A stretch of DNA of 56,664 nt, the filler included, from Perkinsus olseni (taxonomy: Eukaryota): NCBI GenBank assembly GCA_013115125.1. It is 2 parts of 2 records of this genome, joined end to end, with 100 filler letters (N's around TTAATTAATTAA, not from the genome) between each part and the next. Parts side by side here need not be neighbours in the genome. Positions count along the whole stretch, not along the records: positions 28,384 to 56,664 come from JABANN010000452.1; 1 more part is not named here. One strand, written 5' to 3'. Below the pieces are notes generated by a model that did no database searches, was not told the origin of the DNA, and saw nothing but the letters and a program-made list of their open reading frames with translations. The translations under genes were made by a program, and so were the position numbers. Positions 28,773 to 40,081 of the stretch are shown here, piece after piece; the first letter of the stretch is position 1; every line of letters starts with the position of its first letter.

Positions 28773-31687
28773 ATGCCTGGCGCGCTTCCTTGGGAATTGA
28801 CCAACCGCTTCCGTATCCAGCCTGGACATGGGAATCCATTCGAAACGGCATTAGCGCGCATGCAGCTCGGTTTCGGAGTTGTGAATATCGCAACACGGCC
28901 GGACTATAACGAAGCACGATACAGGTGCGCCCTACACGAAGGATGTCAGAGGCAATACAAGTTAATTCTCATTGGAGCGGAAGTGTTCGTCTATCAGCAT
29001 GGTGAGTGGTGAAGTCTACCGCAGCAAATGAATGAGAGAATATCTCCGGCCGGGTTTCAGGTGCACACGCTGCCGAGGACAGGCACCGCATGCGGGCAAA
29101 TCATCCACGAGAGATTACGGAACTCATCATACGAGAAGCGAGGCAGGGGGTATCGGCTAGTACCATAGTTAGTCATCTATCATCCACTTTCCCTGGATAT
29201 AGAGGGATGATAAATCGCACTCAAGTAAGGGAAGCCACACTCAGTCTAAATGATTTGGGTGGAAGAAGCTAACTTGCCTGCACTAGCTTTTTCCTCCTCT
29301 GGGGCTGCGTCCGACGTGCAGCTTTCAGGTCCAGAGTATGATCTCCTCACTTCATAGACGCGGAAGAGCAGGCACCCGTCATGTAACTAATTTCTTCGAG
29401 CTGGAAATGGCATTTAGTAGATTTCGCGTCACGGACGCGATCTTGCAACACGTCAAGCAACGAGAGCCGATTGAAGAGGAGTGTATCTTCCTTGGTGGAT
29501 TCTGGGAGGAAGAACACTTCGCAAGTTTGTTGACTAGTGCAGGTAAGTGGCGGTTGGACACTGACCGCGTAAGGGATGGGTGACTAAGTTCGAAATCCGA
29601 GCTTCCTCGTCTCGGAGACAAACGCTGTTCACGATTTCGTTGTATAAAGGTATGCTCTCGTCGTTGCATTGGTTCCTCGAATCCCATGGTGATGGCTTTC
29701 CTATTTACATGGATGCCCAGAACCGAATAATTCTCGGAAGCTTGAAGGTGGCTTGGATTGGAACCACCAGGATATGGTTAGTAGCGTCCGTGCGCAAATG
29801 ATACGCGTTCATTTATTTGAGTAGCTTTCGGACAGGTTCGACGCGGCTCGCAACGAATGCCGCCATACATTCGTGCCTTTCATGCTGGCAATGAAGCATG
29901 AAGTGTTCTTCTTCGATGAAGAATGTCAGTCCGCATACGAGCACCTGTTAGTTGAGCTGGACAACCTCGTGAGATTTTTCACTGATGGGGAGCGGGGCTT
30001 CTGATGGGGATGGGGAGCGTCAGTCGAATGATTCAACAAGCCTCTGTGTCCATGACGCGCATCAAGGAGCTTTAAGGGCCTGCGAAGCTCTCTTACCTGG
30101 GAAAAGGAATGGTGAGAGAGTCCCTGGGTGCGTTTTTACCGCTATTCCCTAATTCAGCACGTTGCTACTATCACTTCTCGAAGAATATTAAGGACAACAG
30201 ATCGAAATTCGGCGTTGATGCCGCCATGGTAATGCCAAATCCTGTAGAATCTCCCCGATCACAGGAGAGTGGCTAGAACTACAGAGAGCGTGGACTCGTA
30301 TCAGGTGGAGCATCTCAAGTATGCCTTGCACGCCAGTCCTACCGACGACTTCTACTTCCTCCTCGCCATTGCTTTAATCCACGAAGTTGAAGAAGAGCAC
30401 CCGAGTGGAGCGAACTATCTACGGTACACGTTAGATTCCGAGCGGTATGGCTTTCCTAATATCGCTTTAACGAGTGCAGGACTACAGGGCACTCAGGTGA
30501 GTTTGGGTGTGAACTCTTCGATAACGTGGGAGCAATCCCCCCGTAGGTTCTGAACAACATTGTCGAAGCATTCCATCGGAACGTAACTCGCATGTTGGGC
30601 CGCAATAATATGCCGCTGTCAATTTTCGTCGAGAGGATCTTGGAGGTATAGTTCTAATGGAGCAGCGGTCAAACTGTACTTTCTGTCGATCTCCGCGCAG
30701 ATTCTTCGGTCTCTTAGACATAGCAGTCCGCAACATTTCGTGCGTCGCCCTGAGACGATCGACGTGGTGGAATATCAAATGCAAATGATGCTGAAGGGAA
30801 CTCGGTTAGTCTCGAATGATTCACTAAAAGAGGTGAGCATTCCAGGCGTCCGTCGAGCTATCACCTCAGGTGATTCACCTGCTCTTCGATTTTAGAACAA
30901 TAAGTTGATTCAATCAACTAGATGGATGCTCTTAGGTTACCACAAACGTTAACGAACTAATGGGGAGACCGACTAATGATGCCGGCGTTCGTTACTTCCT
31001 CGTCGATTCGCGAAGGATCTACCCTCATCCACTCCCAGAAGCCACTAATGCTGACATCGACACTTATTTGAGAGGATTGTTACTTTCAGAATTCCCTCGC
31101 GAAGGTGATTCCTTAAACAATTTCCGACTCCGACCCGCTGAAAAATCATTCCTTTCGTAGGTCAAGATATGTCCTTAGACGAGGTTCTGGCTCGCTACTA
31201 TAGGTTCAACCTCTTGACTGCGTCCGAAACAGAGATAGTCTGCACTTGCAAGGAATGGAGAGATTGGGGTCGTTGTGGACACGGTTATGGGGTCGAGATC
31301 ATCATAGGAACGCAAATCAGGTTAGTGAAGCAGCTCTTGGATGCAAGTCGGCTGTCGTTCAAATGGTCTACTACGAATCACAGGCTCGACTCGTGAATAC
31401 TCCAGGTATCATCCGGGAACACGCCAGCTAAGGGCCGCCCGTAGAGGCCGTCCTTCGTCTCGCAGAGGCCCAGCTCTAGATAGATACCGCCCGCGTAATG
31501 CCGGACGTCGCATACCAGGTACTAATATGAGGCAATCTGTTATCGCTCCATCAGCTGAATGATAAATTGGCACATGCCTACCCCCTCCGGCAGCTGGAGA
31601 ACATCAGTTAATGACTCGTTATCTCAGGGAATCGTGGCCAAGAATCCGATGCAGACATGGAATAGGATCGGTACAGCGACGACATGA
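28773..31687 (+). mobile_element. Mutator-like (MULE) DDE transposase gene with SWIM zinc finger, about a dozen introns
   Basis: Spliced frame gives a WRKY/FAR1-like finger (YRCALHEGC...QHG|AH), D1 (IYMDAQ), D2 (CVHDAHQG), CxxH (RCYYHF), E (NNIVEAFHR), SWIM (CTCKEW...RCGH) and AT-hook-like RRGRP. The last exon is uncertain. Confidence 0.85.
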
Positions 31688-32355
31688 TTTCTAAGAAATC
31701 ATTTGTTCACTTGTGTAGAAGGCCGATATGACTACGGCGAATATCAGCTCTACAAAGCCTCAGGCAGTATTACTAATAGTAATGTGGCACCCGAGTTAAA
31801 GCACATATCTCAGACAATTGGCATGTAGTTTCCATCTTTCAACGAGTTGTGGTTTCTGTAGTGCTCGGGAAAACGGCTTAAGGATAACTGCTCGGGAAAT
31901 TCCCGACGAGAATAGGCACTCGCTTATCGATAATCTATTTCACCTTAACTTGGACTCTGACTCTGAGTAAGTTACCCAGCGCATGCTCAGTTGTTGATAA
32001 GGTTCACATGGAGATGCTGCATTTAACAAGATTCACTCGCTATGCGCTTGAGAAACCTGTTGCTGAAACGGCGCTCTACGAGCAGCTGCGCAGCAGCTGC
32101 CACCCGAAGGGTAGGGGGCGCAGCTGCAAGGCTATCATGTGTCTGAGATGGCGAATTTGTTTTGTGATAACAGCACGGTTTTGAGATTGACGTGTCACGC
32201 GAGGGGGCGAGTCAGTCACAGCATAGCTTTGATATCACTCGGGGACGCAGCTTTCAAGCTTTCATCTGCCGCCGTTCTTAAGAAGTCCTATTCTGTGATA
32301 TCCGTACTTCCACCCGCTTGCTGGGGAAACACAACTCAGAAGGGCTTGGTAAATG

Positions 32356-35300
32356 CTATAGACAGCTGATACGTGATTTATGATGACGAGGCCTTCCGTT
32401 AATGAACTTCCTACGACTCAGAGGAATCGTTACGGGAACTTCCAGAAAAGAACTCTTCAGGGCGACGCGTGAACCTGAGAGAGGTAAGTGTGGGTGCAGC
32501 ACGGTGGTCGCTTCCCTACTTGAGTCCCTGATAGTGGATGCTGGGAGATGTTGATCAGTGACAGGTCGACTGGGTGAGTTTGAATCGCCTATAGCCAGGC
32601 CCTCGTCGTGCTTCTCGGAAGAGCATACAGGGGCATCGTCGAGTTGGAAGGATAATTCTGATTCTGTTGTATCGTTGCTGCGGTTCAACTGGGATGCCAG
32701 CAGTGGGGCTTCCGCTGTGCTTCTGTGTGGCGTTGACGGACTCCGTACGGTATTGTGCAAAGGCGCGCTCGTCTGCGGGTGGAGGTCCACGTAGGCAGCT
32801 GATGGTTCCTCTCGGACTCGGTCGGTGTTTTCCAACAACTCGCCCCTTTCCACCGCGAGGAGGGCATCGTCGTATCCGCTGAGGAAGGCATGTCTTATCA
32901 GCCGTCTCTCAGCTGGGCTGGGCCCGGGACCATCCTCTATCCTCCTCACGTACTCATCGGGGTCGAACTCGGCAGCACTTCGAATGTCCGGGCAGAAGTC
33001 AGAGATTGTTGTGATAGCCGTCATACCAGCAGCGTTGTTGTTGGCGTAGCGAGAGTACACAGTGTCCAGCACGGACTCTCGGAGCTTTTCTGCGCTCCCC
33101 CTGCGACCCTGGCTGCCTACTCCTGCGTCTGCCACTTCTTCCTCTGCAGCGCTAGGTGGAATGGAGATCCCCTCGAACCTATCCACGTCAGCTTCAACAA
33201 CAACACTGCCTCTTATTTGATCGTCCCTGTCTACCAAAGACCTCTCAGATTTCGAGCTACACTCTTCCCCTCGGGAGCTGAGGTTGCCAGCTGTTACCCT
33301 CCTCCCATCACCCGGCGAGAGGCTCTCTACAGGACGGTCCGCCTCTGTGGTCACTCGGCTGGGGTCCATCGCCTCGTCGAGCTCACCATGAGAGAACGGT
33401 GTATCCAAGCGATGCTTTTTGACGTCCGGATCCACAGTGTTAAGGCGGGTCTGTTCATTCTCAAGTCTCGGAGAATCGCTGAGTCGAGTCGAGATCGGTA
33501 TTGAGTGTCTGCTCGCTGTAGACGAGCTCACAGCCTCAACTCCATCGTCCAGCGCACGGCCAGGCTTTTCTTCCATTGCGGCAGGATGTTGGGGCGAGGC
33601 GGTCCCCGCCGTCTGTAGCTCTCCAGCCTCCAACATACTATCCGGCTCGACCTCAGACACGTCCTCACCTTGACCCTCGTCAAGTAATATTGCTTCACTG
33701 TACATAACAGTCTCGACGACCCGCTCTTCCACGCACTCTCCCTGCTCACTATCCATGGGCCCCGCTGAATGGAGACTCTCACTAAGACCATCTACATCAA
33801 CGGCGGATTCGGGGTTGCTTATCTGTTGTTCGGCGAGGGCACCGGCAGCAGTGGACTCTCCCCCCTTTGACTCCTGCCCGTCACCACTAAAGGCGGCCCC
33901 CATCAACGGCATCGTGGCCGCATCCTCAGTGAGGCTTTCCTCGGGATCTGTGAGGCCCCCATACACTGCAGTTGCTGCTGTTGCTTGGTCTCCTCTCGCC
34001 GTGGTCGACTGTAGCTCTGTCGACAAGGCCTCGATCTCCTCGTCCTCCTCCTCCCCAAACTCCCTCTCCCCTTCTGTGTACCCCTGACCGCTCTCCGCTA
34101 CTCCGACAGAAGCCCCGATGGCCTCCTCGGAACTGCTCGTCGCTGCTGCATTCTGGGATTCCTCCTGGCGAGTCGCAACTGCTGTAAGGTTCTCGAAGGC
34201 ATCTCCATGGTCGGTGGCCTCTGAGGATATCGGAGAGGAGGACAGCTGGTCGTCCTCACGGTGGAGCGCTTCCACTACTAGCTGCCCTAACCGAAGCGTG
34301 TCGTCTGCAACCGAGCCCGACTGCCGGGCCGGCTCCATCACAGGCCCGTGCGCCTCGAGAACTGTGGGCACGCCAAGGGCATCGGAGCTGGGCTCGGCAT
34401 GAAGACCGGCCTGCTGCTGTTCATCTTCCTTCTCCCCGTCCGTCTGGAAGCCCGTCGCTTCTGAGCGACCAGAGACCTCCCCTTCCTCAACGCCTTGTGA
34501 TGACTCAGTCCAGCTGACGCTCTCTGAAAGGGTCGGTCCTCCTTCTCCCGTCATAATCACCGATAACCGCTGTAAGGATTCGCGAGCGGCCGCCCCCACC
34601 GACGCTAGGCTTGGTGGGGCCCACTCGATCATGGTAGCTCCCGAAGGAGTTTCGGACCCATCGGAGTCATTCATCTCGCCCTCACTGTGAGTCATGGAGG
34701 GTAGCTCGGCATCGGCGGGGGAGTCTACCAGCGGGCTCTCTGCATGCTGGTTGGGCTCGGAGACCTCATCGTCGGTGATAAAACTGACGGGCTCTTCCCC
34801 AATGTACGGTACCTCCACAACAGCCTCCTCCTCCTCCCCCTCCCCCTCCTCCTCACTGTACGGCCCCTCCTCCACAACAGCCTCCCCCTCCCCCTCCTCC
34901 TCACTGTACGGCCCCTCTTCCACAACAGCCTCCCCAATATACCGCTCACCTTCCCCAGCCGAGTGGACTCCTTCAGGATGCTGCTCTCCCTCAGGACCAC
35001 CATCGAGAGAGCTGGCCACAACACCTTCCTCCGTTCCACTGACGGCGGCAGCTCCAACACCCGGGAGGTTCCTCAGCCCCGGCCCTTCATCGTCACTCTC
35101 CCCTTCTGATAAACCGCTCCTATCAGACTCCTCCGGCAGGGTCTCATCCCCCTGGGTGTTGAACCAGCCGACGACAGTATTAGCGAGGCCACCGAAGACC
35201 CCGGGATCGGGAGTCGGCGTTGGGGCGGGCTGCTCCGGTTCGAAGGTGGGCAGCTTGTCCAGTCTCAGTGGCGGCACAACACTACGCCTTGGTGGGTCCT

Positions 35301-35568
35301 CGTCAGGCCCAGCCTCCCCCGGACTATCGACCACCTCATCGCTGGACATGGTCCAGGAGGAAGCGCTGTCGTCGTCATCCGAGAGAGGACGCTCATCGTC
35401 GGCGAGATGCCCTTGGGAGAAGCGACTCGGAGACTCAGGCGCCGACACGCCATTCTCACGGTCAACACCAGCCGCACCCGAGGGATCTTGAGGATGGGGG
35501 GTTTGAGGAGGGTCAACGCTGACGACCTCCTCCTCCTCCTCCTCCTGTATGCCCAGCCAGGCTAGCAT
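32356..35568 (-). CDS. large acidic low-complexity hypothetical protein (~1070 aa open frame)
   Basis: 3.2-kb stop-free frame rich in E/S/D/A, with internal repeats EAVVEEGPYSEEEGEG at about 34810-34935. First in-frame ATG at 35568. No domain recognised. Confidence 0.75.
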   Translation of the reverse strand: MLAWLGIQEEEEEEVVSVDPPQTPHPQDPSGAAGVDRENGVSAPESPSRFSQGHLADDERPLSDDDDSASSWTMSSDEVVDSPGEAGPDEDPPRRSVVPPLRLDKLPTFEPEQPAPTPTPDPGVFGGLANTVVGWFNTQGDETLPEESDRSGLSEGESDDEGPGLRNLPGVGAAAVSGTEEGVVASSLDGGPEGEQHPEGVHSAGEGERYIGEAVVEEGPYSEEEGEGEAVVEEGPYSEEEGEGEEEEAVVEVPYIGEEPVSFITDDEVSEPNQHAESPLVDSPADAELPSMTHSEGEMNDSDGSETPSGATMIEWAPPSLASVGAAARESLQRLSVIMTGEGGPTLSESVSWTESSQGVEEGEVSGRSEATGFQTDGEKEDEQQQAGLHAEPSSDALGVPTVLEAHGPVMEPARQSGSVADDTLRLGQLVVEALHREDDQLSSSPISSEATDHGDAFENLTAVATRQEESQNAAATSSSEEAIGASVGVAESGQGYTEGEREFGEEEDEEIEALSTELQSTTARGDQATAATAVYGGLTDPEESLTEDAATMPLMGAAFSGDGQESKGGESTAAGALAEQQISNPESAVDVDGLSESLHSAGPMDSEQGECVEERVVETVMYSEAILLDEGQGEDVSEVEPDSMLEAGELQTAGTASPQHPAAMEEKPGRALDDGVEAVSSSTASRHSIPISTRLSDSPRLENEQTRLNTVDPDVKKHRLDTPFSHGELDEAMDPSRVTTEADRPVESLSPGDGRRVTAGNLSSRGEECSSKSERSLVDRDDQIRGSVVVEADVDRFEGISIPPSAAEEEVADAGVGSQGRRGSAEKLRESVLDTVYSRYANNNAAGMTAITTISDFCPDIRSAAEFDPDEYVRRIEDGPGPSPAERRLIRHAFLSGYDDALLAVERGELLENTDRVREEPSAAYVDLHPQTSAPLHNTVRSPSTPHRSTAEAPLLASQLNRSNDTTESELSFQLDDAPVCSSEKHDEGLAIGDSNSPSRPVTDQHLPASTIRDSSREATTVLHPHLPLSGSRVALKSSFLEVPVTIPLSRRKFINGRPRHHKSRISCL

Positions 35569-35670
35569 CGGGAAGGAACAACAAGAACTGTAGTTATGCC
35601 GCTCTCTCTTCGTGAGCTTCACAATCGGAAGCTGTTACTATCTCATCGAGAGGTTCCTCTCTTCATTACT

Positions 35671-38173
35671 TCACTGCGGGGTGGTGAATTGACGAACCCA
35701 ATCCGGCGAGAGAATAAGGAAACACTCTAAACACGATGGATGGGGGGAAGGGCATCATCATCATCATCATCATCATCATTGTGAACTACCGTGCTGCAGG
35801 AACTCGCAGAGGGCAGGGGCGACCTTCTTGCGGCTGGCCTTCACGTTGCCTTGGTGGTAGGCCACAGCGCCGGGGATATCCTGAGGGGAAATAATAGGAA
35901 ACGAGAGAGTCTCATAGCAACCACAAATGAGCGTGCTTCAGACAAGGGGTAAGATACACTCAGTAAAAGTTCATATTGTGAGACTGAGTAAGTGCTGAGG
36001 TGCACCCCCCTCCCCGGGGGGAAGGCCTCGTCAAAAGCTCGCAGTTTGAACCTCAGAGTCGGCCCTAGCTCTGATTTTTCATACGTGAAATTCGATACTT
36101 GATTTCAAGATTAGTTCATCAAGTATCCATCACACTAGTTCCAGTGATATGCACATTGGTTCAGAACACCTAGCAGAGAGGAGGACCCCCGCCCTCCCCA
36201 GTATATCGATGAACCCCGACCTACAATATCCATTCTCCATAGCTGCAGGACCTCCCTGCTTTCTAAGAAGGTCGTCACAGAGGAGAGCAGAGTGGCGTCT
36301 TCCTCGGGGTCCCTCACGCAGACGAGAAGCTCTCGGCAGATGTGGCCGGCTTCAATGGTGTAGCAGGACATGAGGACCTATCAAGAGGACCTCTTATCGT
36401 GGACGAACTCAGGGCTCACCCTCACCCAAAGCCTGGCAGCAGCATGACCACGACTACGGATGTTGTCGACGCATTTGGATGCTACTTCCCGGAGGGGCGC
36501 CAGCAGGCTGCTCATGGCAACACCGATGCCTGAGTTGAAGTATCTAAGGTTGAAGCGTGGCACAAACGGGCCCAAGGCCACCCGAGTCATCTTGCAATAT
36601 TCCACCCAGTGCAGCAGCGAATGATCCTCCCTGCCAGCTCTGAGCATTCCACACCAGCCGAGCAACAGTCGTATCGCCCGCTCATCCCCATCGGGCCCAT
36701 CGGTGTGAGAATACCAAACTCGCGGGGCGAAAGAATGTAGATATTGCTTCGCAAGTTTTATGTTGCTCTCGCAGCACTCCTGATACATTCCTGTTTCGCC
36801 CACTGGATCGAATCGACCCGACGAAAACGACGCGAAACCACGAAAAGATCCAACTGACGCGGCAATGGTCGTCATACTTGAAGTCGTAGTCCACCAGCTG
36901 TCTCGATGTCATCTTCTCCCACATCTTGGGGTCGGTTTTTGCCTGCTGTAACTCCTCGAACAGACCGGCTCTTCGGGAGGAGTCGTAGCCGACCACTGAT
37001 GACAGACGCTCCACAACATCCCAGTCGACTGCGGTGGCCTGAAGTACAACATTATTCGTCTACGCCAAGCTTCAACCTAAGATACGCCTCACCTTCCCAG
37101 CCTCGGGGCTCATGTTCACTGTGTCGAGTAATATGACGCCCAGCAGCATCCCACACAGAGGGGCGTCCAACTCCTTCGGAGCCTCATTGAGGTACTCCCG
37201 AGCCACCAGCGTACAGCAGCTCCCAACGGGCTCTATCACACGATTTCCACCCTCAAGCTCTGGATACCTGAAATTGCAGTTGAGCCTGGCGAGCGATACG
37301 GTCGGGTCGAAGAACTGGGAAGGTCTTTAAGCGGTTGCACTGTCTACATAACACAATCGAGCTGTCCTCATACTAGCCTCGCATTAACACTCCATCCTCT
37401 CAACTACTCCACCTTTCTATCTGCTCTAGTATCTCGTTCACTATGAGCCCAATCTACTTATGTTGTGTTCTACAACTACACCTACTGCGAAGAGATAGTG
37501 CAAGATTCTGGCTCATAGCAAGTCAGCGACGAGGAAAATTCTACCACCTCTGCCCGTGTCTACCAAACCGGTGCGGTAGAAACTCGCGGCTGACAGAATG
37601 ACTCCTGTAGATGAGCCTCGAGCGTAGTGAGGGGAAGAATGGGAGAATTACTTTCCAGCGTCAACATGATGATCAACTATGCCGACGACAGTAGCGTTGG
37701 GAGCATCAATGGTGAGCTCATTGTGGTCTACAAGGACCCAACTATTGATCGTTGAGGGCAGCTCTGATCGGGTGGACGGCAGGGCTACTTTTGGCGACTG
37801 GGTGAACCGGGACCACAGCAAGCCGACCTGAGGGGACCAACGAGTACAGGAGGGCACTGAAAAAGGGATAACCCCTGAGAGCCACCTCTGGCCTTAAAGA
37901 CAAGTCTTCCTCGTCACACTGCACAAAGGGTTGATAATTTCGGTCACTTTTCATCGCCCTGATGAAAGCCAGGGCCTGAGGGGCAACCGAGAGGTGTAAG
38001 GGTGAGCAGCAGCAGCAGCAGCTGCACAGACTCACCGCAGCCGAGACAATGCTGTCCGCATCAGCAGCCTGGTTGCCGACTACTCCCACCAGTGGTGTTC
38101 CAGAGGCGCAGTTCCTTAACGTGCCTGCTGTATGCTGTGAGACCCACTGTGCGAAACTAGGTGGTGCTGGCAT
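35671..38173 (-). CDS. DHH-family exopolyphosphatase (PPX1/PRUNE-like), multi-exon
   Basis: GNQAADADS, LVDHN, IVDHH, IEPVGSCCTLV, LLGVILLDTVNM, DYDFK and C-terminal QGNVKASRKKVAP (DHHA2). The last exon is inferred. Confidence 0.9.
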
Positions 38174-38307
38174 TGAAAACAACTCTGAGACTGTACTCGA
38201 CACGACCAAGGAAAAGCTATCCACGGTAGTTCAGCTTGGGAGACCTGCGAGTTGCGAATTCGTGAACACAACAGCAATCGTGAGAGTTCTCGAAATTACG
38301 AGTCCAC

Positions 38308-39879
38308 ATGAGCAGGTTACTCACTCCTTGCAGGCAAACACTCCGGGCGGCGGCGAGGACGGCGAAAAAGACGATCGAATTGTTGCAGCAGCAGCAGAGC
38401 CGCGTCGCGACTCGTTAAGTAACAGTAAGTCAAGTTTGATAGGAATTAGAGGACAGTGGAAGCGGTCGTGGAAGTGCTCTCGTCAAGCTTCCTCTTCTTA
38501 GCTTCGCTCAGCTCTCTGACAACACATAGCCCGCCCGATAGAGATGACGGAGGGAAGCCCATTGGCCTACTTCTCAGTAGCCGCTATGTCCTTCTTCAGA
38601 GACTGTACAAGGACCTTGGCATCCTCGAACCTGAAGCAGTGATGGCTGCTGACGGATGGCGGCCGGCGCTCGGAGTCCCTACTGCTTTTTCAAAGCCACT
38701 AGCTTCTGTTTACAGGAATTCCTCCGCGAGACCAAGCGAGCCAGCTTCTTAGTCAGGACCCTACACACAAGTAAGCGTGGCGTCCGCGTTGAATGGACTG
38801 AATCGCTCGACCCCCTACTCTATCTCGTTTGGCTCCTCCCTCACAGGGGCCAGTATCTGAGCCAATCAGTCGCCAGAGGCGGATACCGCAGGAAGACCTA
38901 CGCATCTGAAGGTGGCGTCGCCGTTGAACTCAGCCCCTGCTCCCGCAGGATCACAGCGGACCTTCCAGTTACTATGCCGAAGGAAGAGCTCAGGATGGCC
39001 GACGGGGCTGATCACGTCTGAGGGGTCGTATCACCAGCGGGGACGGGTTAGGTCGACTCACATGTGTCTTGGCACTCGGAAGACCACACTCTCTCCCTCA
39101 ACAAGAACTTCGAGGCTGCAGAGGCCAACTGACCCTCGTCCGTAGTGACCCAGACGCTGCCTTCCGATGGCTCGCATGCCACGAAGGAACCTGCAGGGAC
39201 GAGGAAGCTCTGGGGACACGGTCGTCGCCGGCGGCTTAGTCAGCCTCATGTGCTGGCAACGCGCGTCGGTAGTGGCAACGCAGAGACCTTCGTTACGGTA
39301 ACGATGAGTTCAGTGATGCGTTATTGAGTACGCCCGAACCCTGCCACGACTAGCAGAAGGGAAAGACCGGACGATCTTATTCCCTCCACGAGCAGAGCGT
39401 ATCAAGAAAGCCTCGGGATACTCCACCTGGCTGGTCAACTCGCTCGAGCATAACCAAGCAAGTAGTGCCGTTTGGTACTCTAGCTGGGGTCGCAACGGCC
39501 AACGACGACGAGGAGGCATCCAGCTCGTCTGAGAAGGGCACCTCGCAGGGAGGCCATCACTCACTAGGAGTTCCAAGGCTTACGAATGTACAGGTTCCAC
39601 TGCGTCCCCCTCTTCCTCAGCACGATATCGCCTCGGTCATTCACGCGCCACGAGGACCTGGATGCGCTCTTTGAGAGCAACCACAACACTCGAGTAGCCC
39701 TACCCGATCTCGTTGGTGCATTCAATAGTGTACGGGCCATCACGCAGGCCGAAGTCCTCTCCAACTTGACCAAGGAGGCCAGCCTCCAGCCTCTCGCGAC
39801 GCCGTTTGTTCGACGAGCTGCGCTGGGCAGATTCAGACGACCGGGAGCCGCGAGAGGAAACCGAGCGACGACTGGCTGA
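38308..39879 (+). CDS. hypothetical multi-exon protein with mitochondrial-presequence-like N-terminus
   Basis: Arg/Ala/Thr-rich, acid-free start MSRLLTPCRQTLRAAARTAKK. Frame-compatible GT-AG junctions include QDPTHK|GQYLSQ. The terminal frame ends at 39879. Confidence 0.5.
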
Positions 39880-40081
39880 CCCAGACGGAGTTCGTTTGAG
39901 CATGATAAAAAAGACTAATTTTTGTTGAAAAGGGAACTCAGTCGAGGGCCTGTTAAGGTAGACCATGAACGAGCGCGTCACAGATTCCTGGGGACTACTC
40001 GAAGTGAAGCGATGAAGGGAAATATCAAGCAAGAACAGAACGCCAACTAGAAGTAGAAAGAGAAACTCAAATTGATGGCCT

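Noticed and set aside
29984-30019. Apparent 25-bp duplication with in-frame stop inactivating the MULE transposase
   Set aside because: It falls within a plausible 55-nt GTGAG...TCAG intron (29969-30023) whose removal restores the frame and typical spacing to the second Asp.
34694-35491. 265-aa + strand Ser/Pro-rich ORF and similar overlapping ORFs
   Set aside because: These are antisense shadows of the acidic minus-strand ORF.
35753-35779. (CAT)n microsatellite, also (CTG)n at about 49694-49723 and (GAT)n at about 52500-52528
   Set aside because: These are ordinary short trinucleotide tracts. The CTG tract encodes the poly-Q linker.
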